Assembly (NCBI GenBank): GCA_963763775.1
Contig: CAVXPZ010000003.1
Span: 320,001 to 384,000, forward strand
DNA: 64,000 bases
Source: an uncultured Chloroflexia bacterium
GTDB taxonomy: Bacteria > Chloroflexota > Limnocylindria > Limnocylindrales > CSP1-4
Direction of reading: 5' to 3'
The translations under genes and the position numbers were made by a program. Below are positions 1 to 10,910 of this stretch, piece after piece. Within the stretch, counting starts at the first letter, position 1. Each line of letters opens with the position of its first letter. The notes under the pieces are model-generated. The model searched no databases and had not been told where the DNA came from. It saw nothing but the letters and a program-made list of their open reading frames with translations.

Positions 1-20
1 GGTCCCGACGCGAACGCGCG

Positions 21-1140
21 TCATGCCGCGCCGAGGCCCTGGGGAGCGATGTCGATGGACGAGGGCGACGCGGCGCGTGCCGATCTCCAGCCGACCGTCA
101 CCGTCGCGATCAGGGCGACCCAGAACGCGATCGGGTAGATGACCGGCGGGGTCAGGTCGACGAACGGCCACGCCGTGACGAGCGGGATCAGGAGTGCCCA
201 CCACCGGCCGGCGGCGAGCAGGTAGGCGACGGGAAGGAGCAGCAGGATCGCGTAGTGATCCCACAGGATCGGCGAGATGAGCTGGCTCACGATGACCGCC
301 GCGAGATAGGACGCCTCGCCCACGGACCAGCGGATGGCGATGAGCAGCACGACGACCGCGGCGGCGGTACTGCCGACCTGCAGGAGCGTCGCGGCGCTCG
401 TCGAGAGCCCCAGCTGGTAGCCGACCGCCCCCGGTGTGAAGTTGTGCGGCGTCGTGATCGGATCACTGACCGTGCGGGCGAGGGTCAGGAAGTCCGTCCA
501 CGCCCCGGTGCCGGCCAGCACGGTGGCGGCCACGGCCAGCACGAGGAGCACGACCCCACCGACCACCACCGCCCGGAACCGCCTGGTGAGCAGGGCCCAG
601 ACCAGGATCAGGCCCGGCTGGAGCTTGATGGCCGCGCCGAGCGCCGCGCTGGCCCCCAGCCGGATGGGCTCGTCGAGCCAGCGCCAGCCGATCGCCATCG
701 TGAGCAGCAGCAGCGGGCCCGACTTGGCCGAGCTTGACGGCGTAGATGTACGGGAACGACAGGCCCATCAGGAGGAGCGTCCACCAGCGGATCGTCCGGG
801 ACACCGGCAGGATCGCGACAGCGAGGAGCGACGCGCCGACGAGGACCGCCGCCCAGACGCGGACCGCCACGTCAGGTGTCAGCGCGCCGAACGCCAGGAT
901 CAGCGGGGCGAAGGTCGGCGGGTAGTAGAACAGCCCGAATCCGCCGGTCTGCTGGTAATGCATGTCGTAGAGGGGTTGGCCGTCGAGCACGCGGGCGGCG
1001 GCGGCGTGGTAGGCAAGGAAGTCGAAGCCGAACGTGTCGCCGGCGCCGGCCAGACCGACGAAGAGGCCCAGGGCGAGCGAGAGGATGGCGACGATCGGGA
1101 GCGCGGCCCGCCCCAGCCGGCCGAGGCCCTCGGTATCCAT
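21..1140 (-). CDS. GT87/DUF2029-like membrane glycosyltransferase (GT-C), one frameshift near 715
   Basis: Joined from ORF 463..1944 (MDTEGLGRLG...DFLAYHAAAARVLDGQPLY...YYPPTF...GQVGP) and ORF 21..698 (AIKLQPG...SPILWDHY). Carries the D-x2-AY, YPP, GQ and K-x2-P motifs and is multi-TM. Confidence 0.75.
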
Positions 1141-1944
1141 CAGGAGGTCCGCGCGACGCCTCGGCCGCTCGAGCGATGGATCAACGGGATGCGGAGCAGG
1201 TCCCAGGCGACGCGCAGGGCCAGGCCGGGCCGGGCGCGCATCCGCGACCCTCGGCGGTCGAACCAGCGGATCGGCACGATCGCCATCGCGTACCCACGAC
1301 GACGGGCGAGGTAGATGAGCTCGACATCGAAGACGATGCTCGTGATCCGCTGCCGGCCGAACAGGTCGTGCGCCGCCTCGCGGGTGAAGCCCTTGAACCC
1401 GCACTGCGTGTCCTGGACCGGGCCGACCACCCAGATCGAGGCCAGCGTGTGGAAGATCTTGCCCAGCCATCGTCGATAGACCGGCTGGCTGGCGCGCATG
1501 TCCGAGCCGTCGGGCTGGATCCGCGAGCCCAGCGCGACGTCGTGGTCGGCCAGCGCCGCCACCAGCAGCGGCAGCTGGTCCGGCGGGGTCGCCATGTCGG
1601 CGTCCGCGAAGACCACGAGGTCGGCGTCGATCGCCAGCATCCCGGCGCGGACCGCCGCGCCCTTGCCGCCGTGCGGGACGGTCAGGACGCGCAGCGTGAC
1701 GCCGCCTTCGGGGCTCGTGCTCTCGCGGCGGGCGCTGACGAGTGCGGCGGTCCCATCGGTGCTGCCGTCGTCCACGACGAGGACGTCGATCCGAGCCGGC
1801 AGACCACCGGCCCCCGGGGCGCCGTCGCGGGCGAGTGTCGCCGCGTCGACGGAGGTAGCCGAAGAGCTCGTCCAGGGCCGGCTCGATCCGGGATGCCTCG
1901 TTGAAGGCGGGCAGGACGAGCCCGAGGCTATCGTTCGGCGACAT
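1140..1944 (-). CDS. GT2 dolichyl/polyprenyl-phosphate sugar synthase (DPG/DPM-synthase-like), frameshift near 1850
   Basis: LVLPAFNEA N-terminus, then VVDDGSTDGT, GKGAAVRAG, FADADMAT, DTQCGFKGF, FDVELIYLAR in the adjacent frame. Confidence 0.85.
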
Positions 1945-2825
1945 CCGGCGCAGTGTAGTCGTCCGGTCGTCGCCCGGCGGCCTGCAGGGTCGAGAACTGG
2001 TACATCAGCAGCCGCGGCGAGGCCAGCACCGCGAGGAGGACGGCCGTCGCCCACCCGAACTTGGTCGTCGACGCCCGCCAGGCGAGGATGGCCAGGGCGG
2101 CCACCATGGCCGCCCAGAGGACCGGCGAGAACGCGTATGGCGAGAGATTGCGGACCTCGCCGACCTGGCCCAGATCCGTGAAGGTCAGGAACGCGATCGA
2201 GCCGGCCGGCTCGAGGATGAACGAGACCGCGGCGATCCCGGCAAGCCACGCCACGAGCCCGGCCGATCGCACGGAGGTCGCGTCGCCCGATCCAGTAGAT
2301 CGCCACGAGGATCGGCAGCAGCTTGAGGTTCGTCGCGAGCGCGACGGCGAGCGGACTGCCGATCGTCAGGAACAGCGTCACGAGGACCTGTGCCTGGCCG
2401 ATGGCCAGGCTCCACGCGATCGGGGCCGCGAGCCATCCGAGCATGAGCCACGTCCACCGTCGTCGGACTCCGAGCCGGAGGATCGTCAGCACGAACGCGG
2501 CCAGCAGCACGCCCTCCCAGATGAGCGCCGCCTGCTCGAACGGCAGCGTCGCCAGCGGTCGGAAGATGATCGCCAGGAGCGGCGGGTACCGATAGAAGGA
2601 CGGATCGTCCGTCGTGGCGGCCTGCTCGTAGAGCGGGAGCCCGGCGTTGAGCCGCGCTCCGGCGTCGTAGTAGGCATGGACGTCGCCGAGCGGGTCCAGC
2701 TGCAGGTGGATCCGGAGCGTGTCGAGGCCGATGATCGTCCCGAGGATGGCCGCGGCGATCAGGACGTACTGGACTCGGCGCGTTTGGAGGAGTCGCTCCA
2801 GGCCGGTCGTGTCGAAGGCGGTCAC
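1928..2825 (-). CDS. GT87/DUF2029-like glycosyltransferase, frameshift near 2270
   Basis: GDVHAYYDAGARLNAGLPLY...YRYPPLL...GQAQ...LKLLP in ORF 1140..3350; C-terminus in ORF 1928..2272. GTG start overlaps the upstream TGA. Confidence 0.75.
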
Positions 2826-3918
2826 GGACGCTCGGGCGCGGGCGTCAGCGTCGCGGACACCGCGGGAGCGGCATCCGCCGTCGGGCTCGGGGCCACCGGC
2901 ACGGCGTCCCTGGCCTCGCGATACCGCCACGCACCGATGAGGATCACGGCGGCGTAGACCGGGAGCGGATGCGTCGTGGCGATCGGCGAGGCGGCGACCA
3001 CCACGAGGGCGAGGGTCGAGGCGTAGCGGTACATCCCGGGCATCGCCAGGGCGATCGGCAGCGCCGAATAGGTGCCCGGCGTACGGCGCGATCAGGATCC
3101 CCGACGCCGCCGACCAGGCGATCCCGGTCTCGCGGCCGCGGCGCCACAGGACGACGATCAACCCGATGAAGGTGACGATCGCGATCGGCAGCCAGAGTTG
3201 CGGGAAGAGCGCTGTGACGCCGTGATTGCCGGCGAAGGGCGACGCGAAACGGGTCCCGCCGGAGAGCGCCTGGAGCCAGTCGACGTAGCTCGCCGGTCCG
3301 GCGACGAGCGCGCCGAACGCCGTGGCGAGCAGCCCGGTCACCACCGTCACGCCGAATACCGGTCGCCGCCAGACGAGGAGCCACAGCAGGATCGGGCACG
3401 ACCAGCGGCTTCGCGAAGGCCGCGATCACCAGCCCGAGCAGGATCCCGTGTCGCGGCCGCGGCGACGCCAGCATCGCCGGCACCATCGCCCCGACCAGCA
3501 GGACGTTGACGTTGCCGAGCATCACGTCATGCAGGAACGGCAGCGAGCACACCAGGGTCACGAGGACGATGATCGCGTGATCGCCCGCCGACCACGTCGC
3601 CCCGACGACTCCAGACACAGGCGGCCGCGATGACGAGCTTGAGGGCGGCGTAGACCAGACTGACGGCATCGAACGGCAACGGGGCGAGCGGCGCGCCGAC
3701 GACGGCCGCGAGGGGTGGGTAGAGGAAACTGCGGGTCCGCGTAGATCGGCTGGCCGGCCGTCAGCCGCGCGCCCGGCGTCGAGGATCAGGTGCAGGTCGA
3801 TGCCCCACCAGCTCCGGCCGTCCCAGGACATGGCGACCCAGCTCCCGAACTCGCCGAGCCCGAACAGCACGACGAAGACGGCAGCAGCGAACCACGCAAG
3901 GCGAAGACGAGGTGTCAC
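2822..3918 (-). CDS. GT87-like glycosyltransferase, several frameshifts
   Basis: WWGIDLHLILDAGR, LGNVNVLL and FAKPLVVP motifs split over ORFs 2944..3918, 1140..3350 and 2822..3043; hydrophobic throughout. Confidence 0.6.
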
Positions 3919-4008
3919 GACGACGGGAGCCTACGCTCATCGCGCCGCCGTGACCCCGGGACCTGCGTACACTCCCACGGCGGGACCATGGTCGTCGGGA
4001 GGTGATGG

Positions 4009-4950
4009 GTGACGTTGGCTGGGGTGACGGCGACCGTCACGCATCGGGCGGACCTGGTCGAGGCCCGCATGCGGCGCCTCAGCCGGCGCATCGGTCGACC
4101 GCTCCGCGATGCCCTGGTCATCATCGGCCTCGCCCGGGCGATCCTCTATTTCGGCGGTCCGTTCTCGATCATGGGCACCGAGGTGGGCCAGGGGATCCAT
4201 CCGTGGGAGTTCCTCGGCGTCGACGCCCGGGCGTACTGGAGCGTCGACCTCGCCCATCCCTACGCGTCGTCCGGCGTCGGCGTGCTCTCCACCTACCTGT
4301 ACTCGCCGGCGTTCGCGCAGATCCTCGCGCCGTTCTCGCTCATCCCGTTCGAGGCGTTCTACGCGCTCTGGACGGTGATGCTCGTGGGCATCGTGCTGTG
4401 GCTGGTCCGACCGTGGCCGTGGGCGCTCGCCATCTTCGCGCTGCCGATCCTCTACGAGCTCGCCGTGGGACAGGTCCACCTGCTGATCGCGGCGGCGATC
4501 GTCGTGGGCTTCGCGCGGCCGGCGGCCTGGGCGCTGCCGATCCTCACGAAGCTGACGCCGAGCATCGGACTGCTCTGGTTCGCCGTCCGCCAGGAGTGGC
4601 GCGGGCTGGCGGAGGCGGTCGGTGTGACGCTCGCGATCGTGGCCGTGTCCTTCGTCCTCTCGCCCAGCGCGTGGTTCGACTGGTTCGCCTTCCTCACGTC
4701 GAGCACGCAACGCGGCGAGGCGCTCTTCCTCCGAGTGGGTGTCGGCGTGGTGATCATGGTCCTCGCCGCGCTCAGCGGCCGCCGCTGGCTCGTGCCCGTC
4801 GCGGTGTGGATCGCCTTGCCGGTCGTGTGGATCGAATCGTGGGTGATCCTGCTGGCGATCATCCGCCTCGGACGGACGACCACCCCGATGCCGGCGGCGC
4901 GACCGACGGCATCGACGACCCCGGATCGGCCGATGAGCCAGGGCGCCTGA
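4009..4950 (+). CDS. GT87/DUF2029-like glycosyltransferase
   Basis: Intact 313 aa: VDARAYW, YLYSPAF, GQVHLL, TKLTPSIGLLWF; multi-TM. Confidence 0.8.
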   Translation: MTLAGVTATVTHRADLVEARMRRLSRRIGRPLRDALVIIGLARAILYFGGPFSIMGTEVGQGIHPWEFLGVDARAYWSVDLAHPYASSGVGVLSTYLYSPAFAQILAPFSLIPFEAFYALWTVMLVGIVLWLVRPWPWALAIFALPILYELAVGQVHLLIAAAIVVGFARPAAWALPILTKLTPSIGLLWFAVRQEWRGLAEAVGVTLAIVAVSFVLSPSAWFDWFAFLTSSTQRGEALFLRVGVGVVIMVLAALSGRRWLVPVAVWIALPVVWIESWVILLAIIRLGRTTTPMPAARPTASTTPDRPMSQGA

Positions 4951-5833
4951 TCCAGCCGGCCACCTCGTCTCGCTCGAGGGCGATGAGGGCCACCAGGACC
5001 GAGAACGCGTGCGGCCAGATGGTCGGGATGCTCAAGAGCAGCGCGATCGCGAGGGTCCACGGCCGATCCGTTCGAGCTCCCCACACGACGATGACGGCCG
5101 CGAGCGGCAGGCGTACCGCCAGCGGGATCGGGATCGCGAGGCCGGCCGTCGCGCCGACGTCACTCGCGAGCATCGCGAACCATTGCCGCCAGAGGTCAGG
5201 GGCAACGAGGTAGGACAGCGCTGAGAGCGCGGCGGTCGTCCCGACGACGACGGCGAACGAACGCCACTCGCCACGCGCCGGGTACCAAAGCCAGCAGACC
5301 GCCGTGGTGACCTTGGTCAAGGCGAGCAGCGACCACGCAGCCGGATATCGGAGACCGATCACGAGCGCGAACGCCAGGAGCAGGTGGACATTGCCCGTCG
5401 ACAGCTCGAGGGCGACGGGATAGAGGGCCAGGGCCGCGAGCGTCCAGCCACGACAGCTCCACGCCAGGGCGGCCAGGAGGAGCACGTTCCACAGGACCAG
5501 GAAGACCGGCCACGACAGCGCGTGGAACGGCGTCAGGAGCAGGGCGACGGGTGGCGCGTATCGGAACGCGACGGTCGCTGACAGGTTGTCCATCGCTTCG
5601 ACATAGGGGTGCGCGGGATCGAACGACCAATAGCCGCGAGCGTCCGCCCCTCGGCCATCCATGTTCGCCAGCAGGAGCAGCAGCACGCCGATGCCGACGA
5701 TCGACATCCCGTGCCGGACGGCACGACGCGCGGACGGGGAATCCGATCGGCTCCGGATCGCGTGGCCCAGGCGCCTCGGCCCGGCCGACCACGACCGGTG
5801 CGGGTGGTCCCGCTCGTCACTCGCGGCGGTCAA
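4859..5833 (-). CDS. GT87/DUF2029-like glycosyltransferase
   Basis: C-terminal part of ORF 4859..6409: ADARGYW, FRYAPP, GNVHLL, TKVTT. Paralog of 4009..4950. Start uncertain (TTG overlapping the upstream stop). Confidence 0.75.
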   Translation of the reverse strand: MTAASDERDHPHRSWSAGPRRLGHAIRSRSDSPSARRAVRHGMSIVGIGVLLLLLANMDGRGADARGYWSFDPAHPYVEAMDNLSATVAFRYAPPVALLLTPFHALSWPVFLVLWNVLLLAALAWSCRGWTLAALALYPVALELSTGNVHLLLAFALVIGLRYPAAWSLLALTKVTTAVCWLWYPARGEWRSFAVVVGTTAALSALSYLVAPDLWRQWFAMLASDVGATAGLAIPIPLAVRLPLAAVIVVWGARTDRPWTLAIALLLSIPTIWPHAFSVLVALIALERDEVAGWIRRPGSSADPGSSMPSVAPPASGWSSVRGG

Positions 5834-6582
5834 TGGGCGCCGTCCGTCGCCGGCTCCGCGTCCCGTCGTCGCCCGAGGAACGCCGCCACCGGCACGAGGA
5901 TGAGCGGCAGCCCGAGGATCGAGTAGGTCAGCCCACCGGGCGCGTGGATGACGACCCGAAACCAGTCCAGCCAGAGCACCCCGAACAAGAGCGACACCGC
6001 GATGAGCGCCGCCATCGCCACCCACCAGCTGCGGTCGCGGACGCCCCCGAAGATGAAGGGCGCGAACGACGGCTTGATGACGATGAGCGCCCACGGCCAC
6101 TGCCAGCGGAGCCCGGCGGCAACGAAGGCCATGACCCAGAGGTTCGTGTTGCCGACGACGAGCATCGACGCGGACGTCGGCCAGAACAGGAGCATCGCGA
6201 TGACCGCCCAGGCGGTGGGCGACGGCCGCCAGCCGGCGATGATCCAGATCGTCAGTCCGATCGGGATCGCGTACCAGAGGACCGCCGGCAGCCACGTGAA
6301 GGGCAGGAAGAGGAGCAGCGAGATCGGCGGGTGCAGGAACGTGTCCGGCTGGTAGTCGAAGGGGCCGGCGACCTCCGACGCGAGGTACGGAGTACCGGTC
6401 GTCAGCCACCGGTGCGTGGCGCTGACGTAGTGCGCTCGGTCGTAGTCGAGCGCCGGGTATCCGCTCGTCAGGACGTACAGCAGCATCAGGACAGCGCCGG
6501 TGAACCCGACCGCGGCGACCGCCCAGGCCAGGCGCGGCGAGACGGCTCCGACGCTCGGCGCCCGTTGGATCGAGACGTGCAT
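5830..6582 (-). CDS. GT87-like glycosyltransferase (short, 250 aa)
   Basis: YDRAHYVSATHRWLTTGTPY, FLHPP, GNTNLW, IKPS. Confidence 0.7.
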   Translation of the reverse strand: MHVSIQRAPSVGAVSPRLAWAVAAVGFTGAVLMLLYVLTSGYPALDYDRAHYVSATHRWLTTGTPYLASEVAGPFDYQPDTFLHPPISLLLFLPFTWLPAVLWYAIPIGLTIWIIAGWRPSPTAWAVIAMLLFWPTSASMLVVGNTNLWVMAFVAAGLRWQWPWALIVIKPSFAPFIFGGVRDRSWWVAMAALIAVSLLFGVLWLDWFRVVIHAPGGLTYSILGLPLILVPVAAFLGRRRDAEPATDGAH

Positions 6583-6673
6583 CGACCCACTGTACCGCCC
6601 ACTTCTGGGGCCCCCGGGTAGGTCATTCGTACCGGTCGGCGGGGGCCCGACCCGGTGCTACGCTGCACCGGCC

Positions 6674-8275
6674 GTGCGTACACCCCTACTGCTGTACGGG
6701 CTCGCCCTCGCCGTCCGGGTGGTGCTCCTGTGGCACTTCCCGTACCCGGCCTACCCGGACTCGACCTACTATGTGGACGTCGCCCGGTCGCTGAACGCGG
6801 GGACCGGGTTCAACGTCGACTTCGTGTGGATCTTCGCCGAGGTCGGCGGCCACATCCCGGCCGCCGCGACCCTGCCGATCCCCTCGAACGCCCACTGGAT
6901 GCCGCTCGCGTCCATCGTCCAAGTCCCGTTCCTCGCCGTCTTCGGCGACCAAGCCTGGGCGTCGGCCCTGCCGTTCGCGATCATCGGCGCCATCGCCGCG
7001 CCGCTGACCTGGGCGATCGCCCGGGACGCCGGCGCGCGGCCGTTCATCGCGCTGGGCGCCGGGGTCCTCGTCGCCGTCCCGCTGCTCTCCGCCGTCTACC
7101 TCGTGCAGCCGGACAACTTCTCGCTCTATCAGCCGCTCGTCATCGGCGCGTTGTGGCTCGGGGCGCGCGGGCTCAAGGGCTCGGGCCGGGCGTTCGTCGG
7201 CGCCGGGCTGTTGGCGGCCCTCGCGACCTGGTCCCGCAACGACGGCCTCCTCGTGATGGGCGCCCTCGGCCTCGCCTTCCTCTGGGACCGCTGGCACGCG
7301 TGGCGGTCGTCCGGGTCGCGCCTCCCGGCGATCTCGCTCGCGGCCGCAGCCGGCTGCGTCGCCGTGTTCCTCCTCGTGATGGCGCCGTGGTGGATCCGCC
7401 AGCTCGCCGTCTTCGGATCGCTCTCGCCGTCGACCGCCTCGGGCAAGGTCTTCTTCATCCGCGACATCGCGGAGTGGAACAGCATCACGACCCCGGCGAC
7501 GCTCGACCACCTGCTGGGCCAGGGTCTCGGGCCGCTCCTGGAGAGCCGCGTCGGCGGCTTCGCGTCCGCGGTCCTGATCTACGCGGTGCTGGTCGCCGGC
7601 GTCGTCCTCGCGCCGTTCATGGTCGTCGGCGGCTGGGCGCGACGCCGGTCGGTCGACTTCGGGCCGTTCTTCGCGTACGCCGCGCTGCTGTTCGCGTTCT
7701 CGGCGATCGTGTCCGCGGTCCACGTCCCCGGCGGCACCTTCATCCACTCGGCGGTCGCGCTCGCGCCGTACAGCTACATCCTCGCGCTCGAAGGCATCGC
7801 CGTGGCCGTCGCCTGGATGGCTCGTCGGCGGTCCGGCTGGGACGCGGAAGCCGCGACGCGGCTCTTCGTGGGCGCGGCGATCGTCTTCGCGGTCTTCGCC
7901 GCGACGGCCGGGGCGCTCTCGGTCCACACCACGTGGTCCGCCCGGCAGGCTCGCTTCGAGACCGTCGCGACGGGGCTCGCGGCGGCCGGTGCGGCGCCGA
8001 CGGACCGGGTGATGTCCATCGACGCCTCCGGGACCAAGTACTGGACAAGTCATGGGGGCGTCGTGCTCGTCAACGATCCCCTTGACACCGTCGAGGAGGT
8101 CGCACGGGCGTACGACATCCGCTGGCTCGTCCTCGATCGCGAGGACAGCGTGGCCAGTGTCGCGCCCATCCTCGACGGAGCGGTGCAGCCCGCCTGGCTC
8201 GGACCGCCCGCGATGACCGTAGGCGATCCTGTGGACCTCGCGATCTATCCGGTCCTGCCGGAGACCCAGCCATGA
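6674..8275 (+). CDS. ArnT/PMT_2-like GT-C glycosyltransferase
   Basis: YPDSTYYVDVARSL after TM1, HWMPL, SRNDG, PWWIRQLAVFGS; about 12 TM plus a C-terminal extracellular domain. Confidence 0.75.
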   Translation: MRTPLLLYGLALAVRVVLLWHFPYPAYPDSTYYVDVARSLNAGTGFNVDFVWIFAEVGGHIPAAATLPIPSNAHWMPLASIVQVPFLAVFGDQAWASALPFAIIGAIAAPLTWAIARDAGARPFIALGAGVLVAVPLLSAVYLVQPDNFSLYQPLVIGALWLGARGLKGSGRAFVGAGLLAALATWSRNDGLLVMGALGLAFLWDRWHAWRSSGSRLPAISLAAAAGCVAVFLLVMAPWWIRQLAVFGSLSPSTASGKVFFIRDIAEWNSITTPATLDHLLGQGLGPLLESRVGGFASAVLIYAVLVAGVVLAPFMVVGGWARRRSVDFGPFFAYAALLFAFSAIVSAVHVPGGTFIHSAVALAPYSYILALEGIAVAVAWMARRRSGWDAEAATRLFVGAAIVFAVFAATAGALSVHTTWSARQARFETVATGLAAAGAAPTDRVMSIDASGTKYWTSHGGVVLVNDPLDTVEEVARAYDIRWLVLDREDSVASVAPILDGAVQPAWLGPPAMTVGDPVDLAIYPVLPETQP

Positions 8276-9900
8276 GCCGCCGCGAGGCCTGGCTCTCGGC
8301 GCTGCTGGTCTTCGGGGTGGCGCTGGTGGTGCGGACCGTGTTCGCGTCGCAGATCGTCTTCCCGAAGCCCGAGGACACCGCCTACTACGTCGGCGTCGCG
8401 CGGAACCTCGTCGACGGCCGGGGCCTGGTCTCGGACGCCCTCTGGAGCTACCAGACGCCGCCGCTGGTCTTCCCGCGGCCCGCGTTCGAGGTCTGGCTCC
8501 CGCTCCCGACCTTCCTGGCGGCGATCCCGATGGCGATCGCGGGGACGACCTTCGCCGCGGCCCAGGTCTCCTCGATCGTGATGGGCGCGCTGGTGCCCGT
8601 GCTCGCCTGGCGCATCGGCGCCGACGTCGCGGTGGAGCGGGCTCTCCCCGTCGGCCGAGCCCGGACCTTCGCGGTCGGGGTCGGTCTCACGAGCGCCGTG
8701 TATCTGCCGCTCGTCTTCCACTCGTCGCTGCCCGACTCGACGATGCCGTTCGCCGTCTTCGCCCTCGCGGCGTGCTGGCTGATGGCCCGGATCGCCCGTG
8801 ATCCGGCCGGTGCCCGCTGGCTGGATCGGCGCGTCCTCGCCCTCGGCCTGTTCATCGGCCTGGCGGCCCTGACACGCAACGAGGCGATCTGGCTCGGCCT
8901 CACCTGGGCGATCGTCGCCTGGTTCGCGGTCGGCATCACGCGGGCCGGCTGGTTCCGCATCGTGGCCGCCGCGGCCATCGTCGCCGCCGTCGTGTTCGCC
9001 CCGTGGGCCGCTCGCGACTGGGCCGTGTTCGGCAGCCCGCTGCCGGGGCAGGCCGCTGCGAACGCGTTCTCGGTGACCGGCTTCGACATCTTCGCGTGGA
9101 ACGACCCGCCCACGCTGGCCCGCTATCTCGCCGTGGGGCCTGCCCGGCTGCTCGAGATGCGCGTCGAGGGCGTCACGCACAACCTCTTCTCGGTGCTGCT
9201 GCTCATCGGGCTGCCGATCTCGCTGCTCGGCCTGGCGGCGCTGCCGTGGCAGGGTCGCGGCCGCACCGTGCGACCGCTCGTGATCCTCGGCGTGGTCACG
9301 TTCCTCTTCACGAGCCTCGTGTTCCCCGTCGCGACGACCTGGGGCACCTTCCTGCACGCCTCCGGCCCGGTCCAGGTGCTCCTGGTGATCTCGGCGCTCC
9401 TGGCGCTGGACGCCGGCATCGCCCGACTCGGCGCGCGCCTCGGATGGACGCGGCCGGTGGCCTGGCTCGGCCCCGCACTCGGGATCTTCGGCTCGCTCCT
9501 GTTCTCGGCGGCGCTGATCCCCGCCTTCGGTGCGGGCTCGCGGGACACCGCCGAGCAGTACGCCGAGCTCGGCCGGCGCATGGCCGCGGCCGGGCATCCA
9601 TTGGACGGGTCCGCGGGGCCGGTCATCACGGACTTCCCGATCTGGCTCGCGGAGACGGCCAAGGTGGACGCGCTCGCGCTCCCGGACGAGACGCCGGCGG
9701 ACGTCCTGGACCTCGCCGCGGCATTCCCCGGGACCCGGCTCGTCATCGTGATGGGCTCCGAGCACGGGTCGTGGCCGGCGGTCCTCGACGGCCCGGACGC
9801 CGCCGCGGCCTGCTTCCGCGAGATCGACCTCGGGCCGGGGCCGGCTTCCGGACCGGATCCGCTCGAAGATTCCCGAGCCTTCGAGATCGTCTGCCCATGA
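8272..9900 (+). CDS. ArnT/PMT_2-like GT-C glycosyltransferase (paralog of the upstream gene)
   Basis: PEDTAYYVGVARNL, WLPLP, TRNEA, PWAARDWAVFGSP, GTFLH; ATGA overlap with the upstream gene. Confidence 0.8.
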   Translation: MSRREAWLSALLVFGVALVVRTVFASQIVFPKPEDTAYYVGVARNLVDGRGLVSDALWSYQTPPLVFPRPAFEVWLPLPTFLAAIPMAIAGTTFAAAQVSSIVMGALVPVLAWRIGADVAVERALPVGRARTFAVGVGLTSAVYLPLVFHSSLPDSTMPFAVFALAACWLMARIARDPAGARWLDRRVLALGLFIGLAALTRNEAIWLGLTWAIVAWFAVGITRAGWFRIVAAAAIVAAVVFAPWAARDWAVFGSPLPGQAAANAFSVTGFDIFAWNDPPTLARYLAVGPARLLEMRVEGVTHNLFSVLLLIGLPISLLGLAALPWQGRGRTVRPLVILGVVTFLFTSLVFPVATTWGTFLHASGPVQVLLVISALLALDAGIARLGARLGWTRPVAWLGPALGIFGSLLFSAALIPAFGAGSRDTAEQYAELGRRMAAAGHPLDGSAGPVITDFPIWLAETAKVDALALPDETPADVLDLAAAFPGTRLVIVMGSEHGSWPAVLDGPDAAAACFREIDLGPGPASGPDPLEDSRAFEIVCP

Positions 9901-10910
9901 ATGACGACCCGTATACTCGGAAGCTCATGGAGGCAGCACGCTCCGGGGCGCACGGCAGCGACGGCCGCTTCGACGGTCTCCGCGCGGAGGCGACCGCGGC
10001 GGTCGGCTCCAGCGCGAACACGCTTCGCGCCGTCCGGGACCGGTACCGTCAGGCGTATGCGGAGCTCCTCCAGGACGCACAGGCGCCGCGTGGCGGCCAT
10101 GTCACCGAAGAGCTCGGCGACCGACAGGTCGAGCTGACCAAACTGGATCTCGCGCAACAGACGCTCGAGCGCACGTGGCTCTTCCTCGAGCGCGGCGACG
10201 TCACGCTGGTCACCGATCCGGGCGGTCCGCCCACGTCCGGCGACATCGCGATGCGCATCGTCGAGGCGCAGGAGGCGGAGCGCGCTCGACTCGCACAGGA
10301 GGTCCACGATGGACCGGCGCAGGCGCTCACGAACGCGATCTTCCAGGTGGAGTACATCGAGCGCGTCCTGCCGACGGATCCGCTGCTCGCCGAGTCCGAG
10401 CTCCGCTTCCTTCGCGAGCTGCTCCGTCGCGAGCTTGGCGATGTCCGCGCGTTCATCAGCCAGCTCCGGCCGCCACTGCTCGACGAACTGGGCCTCGACG
10501 GGGCCATCATGGACACCATCGAACGGATCCGGGCCTTGTCCGGGCTGACCATCACGACCGAGTTGTCGGCTCCGGCCGGCGCCCTGAGCGATGGGGCCCA
10601 GACGGTGGCCCTGCGCGTGGCCCAGGAGGCGCTCCAGAATGTCCGAAAGCACGCATCGGCGACCACCGTCGTCGTGGCGACCGGCCTCGAGCCGGGCCTG
10701 TGGATCCTGGAGGTACGCGATGACGGTCGTGGATTCGATGTCGGCGCCGTCGCCGCCCGCGGCCGGCGGAACTTCGGCCTCCAGTTCATGCGCGAGCGAG
10801 CCGAGTTGGTCGGCGCTCGCTTCGACGTACGATCACAGCCGGACGGCGGGACCGTCGTGCGGCTCACGATCCCCACTGACGCGGTGACGGGAGTAGAGGA
10901 GAGCAGATGA
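9897..10910 (+). CDS. Soluble HisKA_3 sensor histidine kinase, DegS-like
   Basis: QEAERARLAQEVHDGPAQ H-box, EALQNVRKHA N-box, DDGRGF, FGLQFMRERA, GGT; no TM segment. Confidence 0.9.
   Translation: MNDDPYTRKLMEAARSGAHGSDGRFDGLRAEATAAVGSSANTLRAVRDRYRQAYAELLQDAQAPRGGHVTEELGDRQVELTKLDLAQQTLERTWLFLERGDVTLVTDPGGPPTSGDIAMRIVEAQEAERARLAQEVHDGPAQALTNAIFQVEYIERVLPTDPLLAESELRFLRELLRRELGDVRAFISQLRPPLLDELGLDGAIMDTIERIRALSGLTITTELSAPAGALSDGAQTVALRVAQEALQNVRKHASATTVVVATGLEPGLWILEVRDDGRGFDVGAVAARGRRNFGLQFMRERAELVGARFDVRSQPDGGTVVRLTIPTDAVTGVEESR

Noticed and set aside
1140-3350. 736-aa apparent GT87-GT87-GT2 fusion
   Set aside because: Patchwork of three genes joined by frameshifts, with out-of-frame junk between the motifs.
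4859-4950. 92-bp convergent overlap of two GT87 paralogs as antisense regulation
   Set aside because: Overlap covers low-complexity tails; common in GC-rich genomes with few stops and may reflect an indel.
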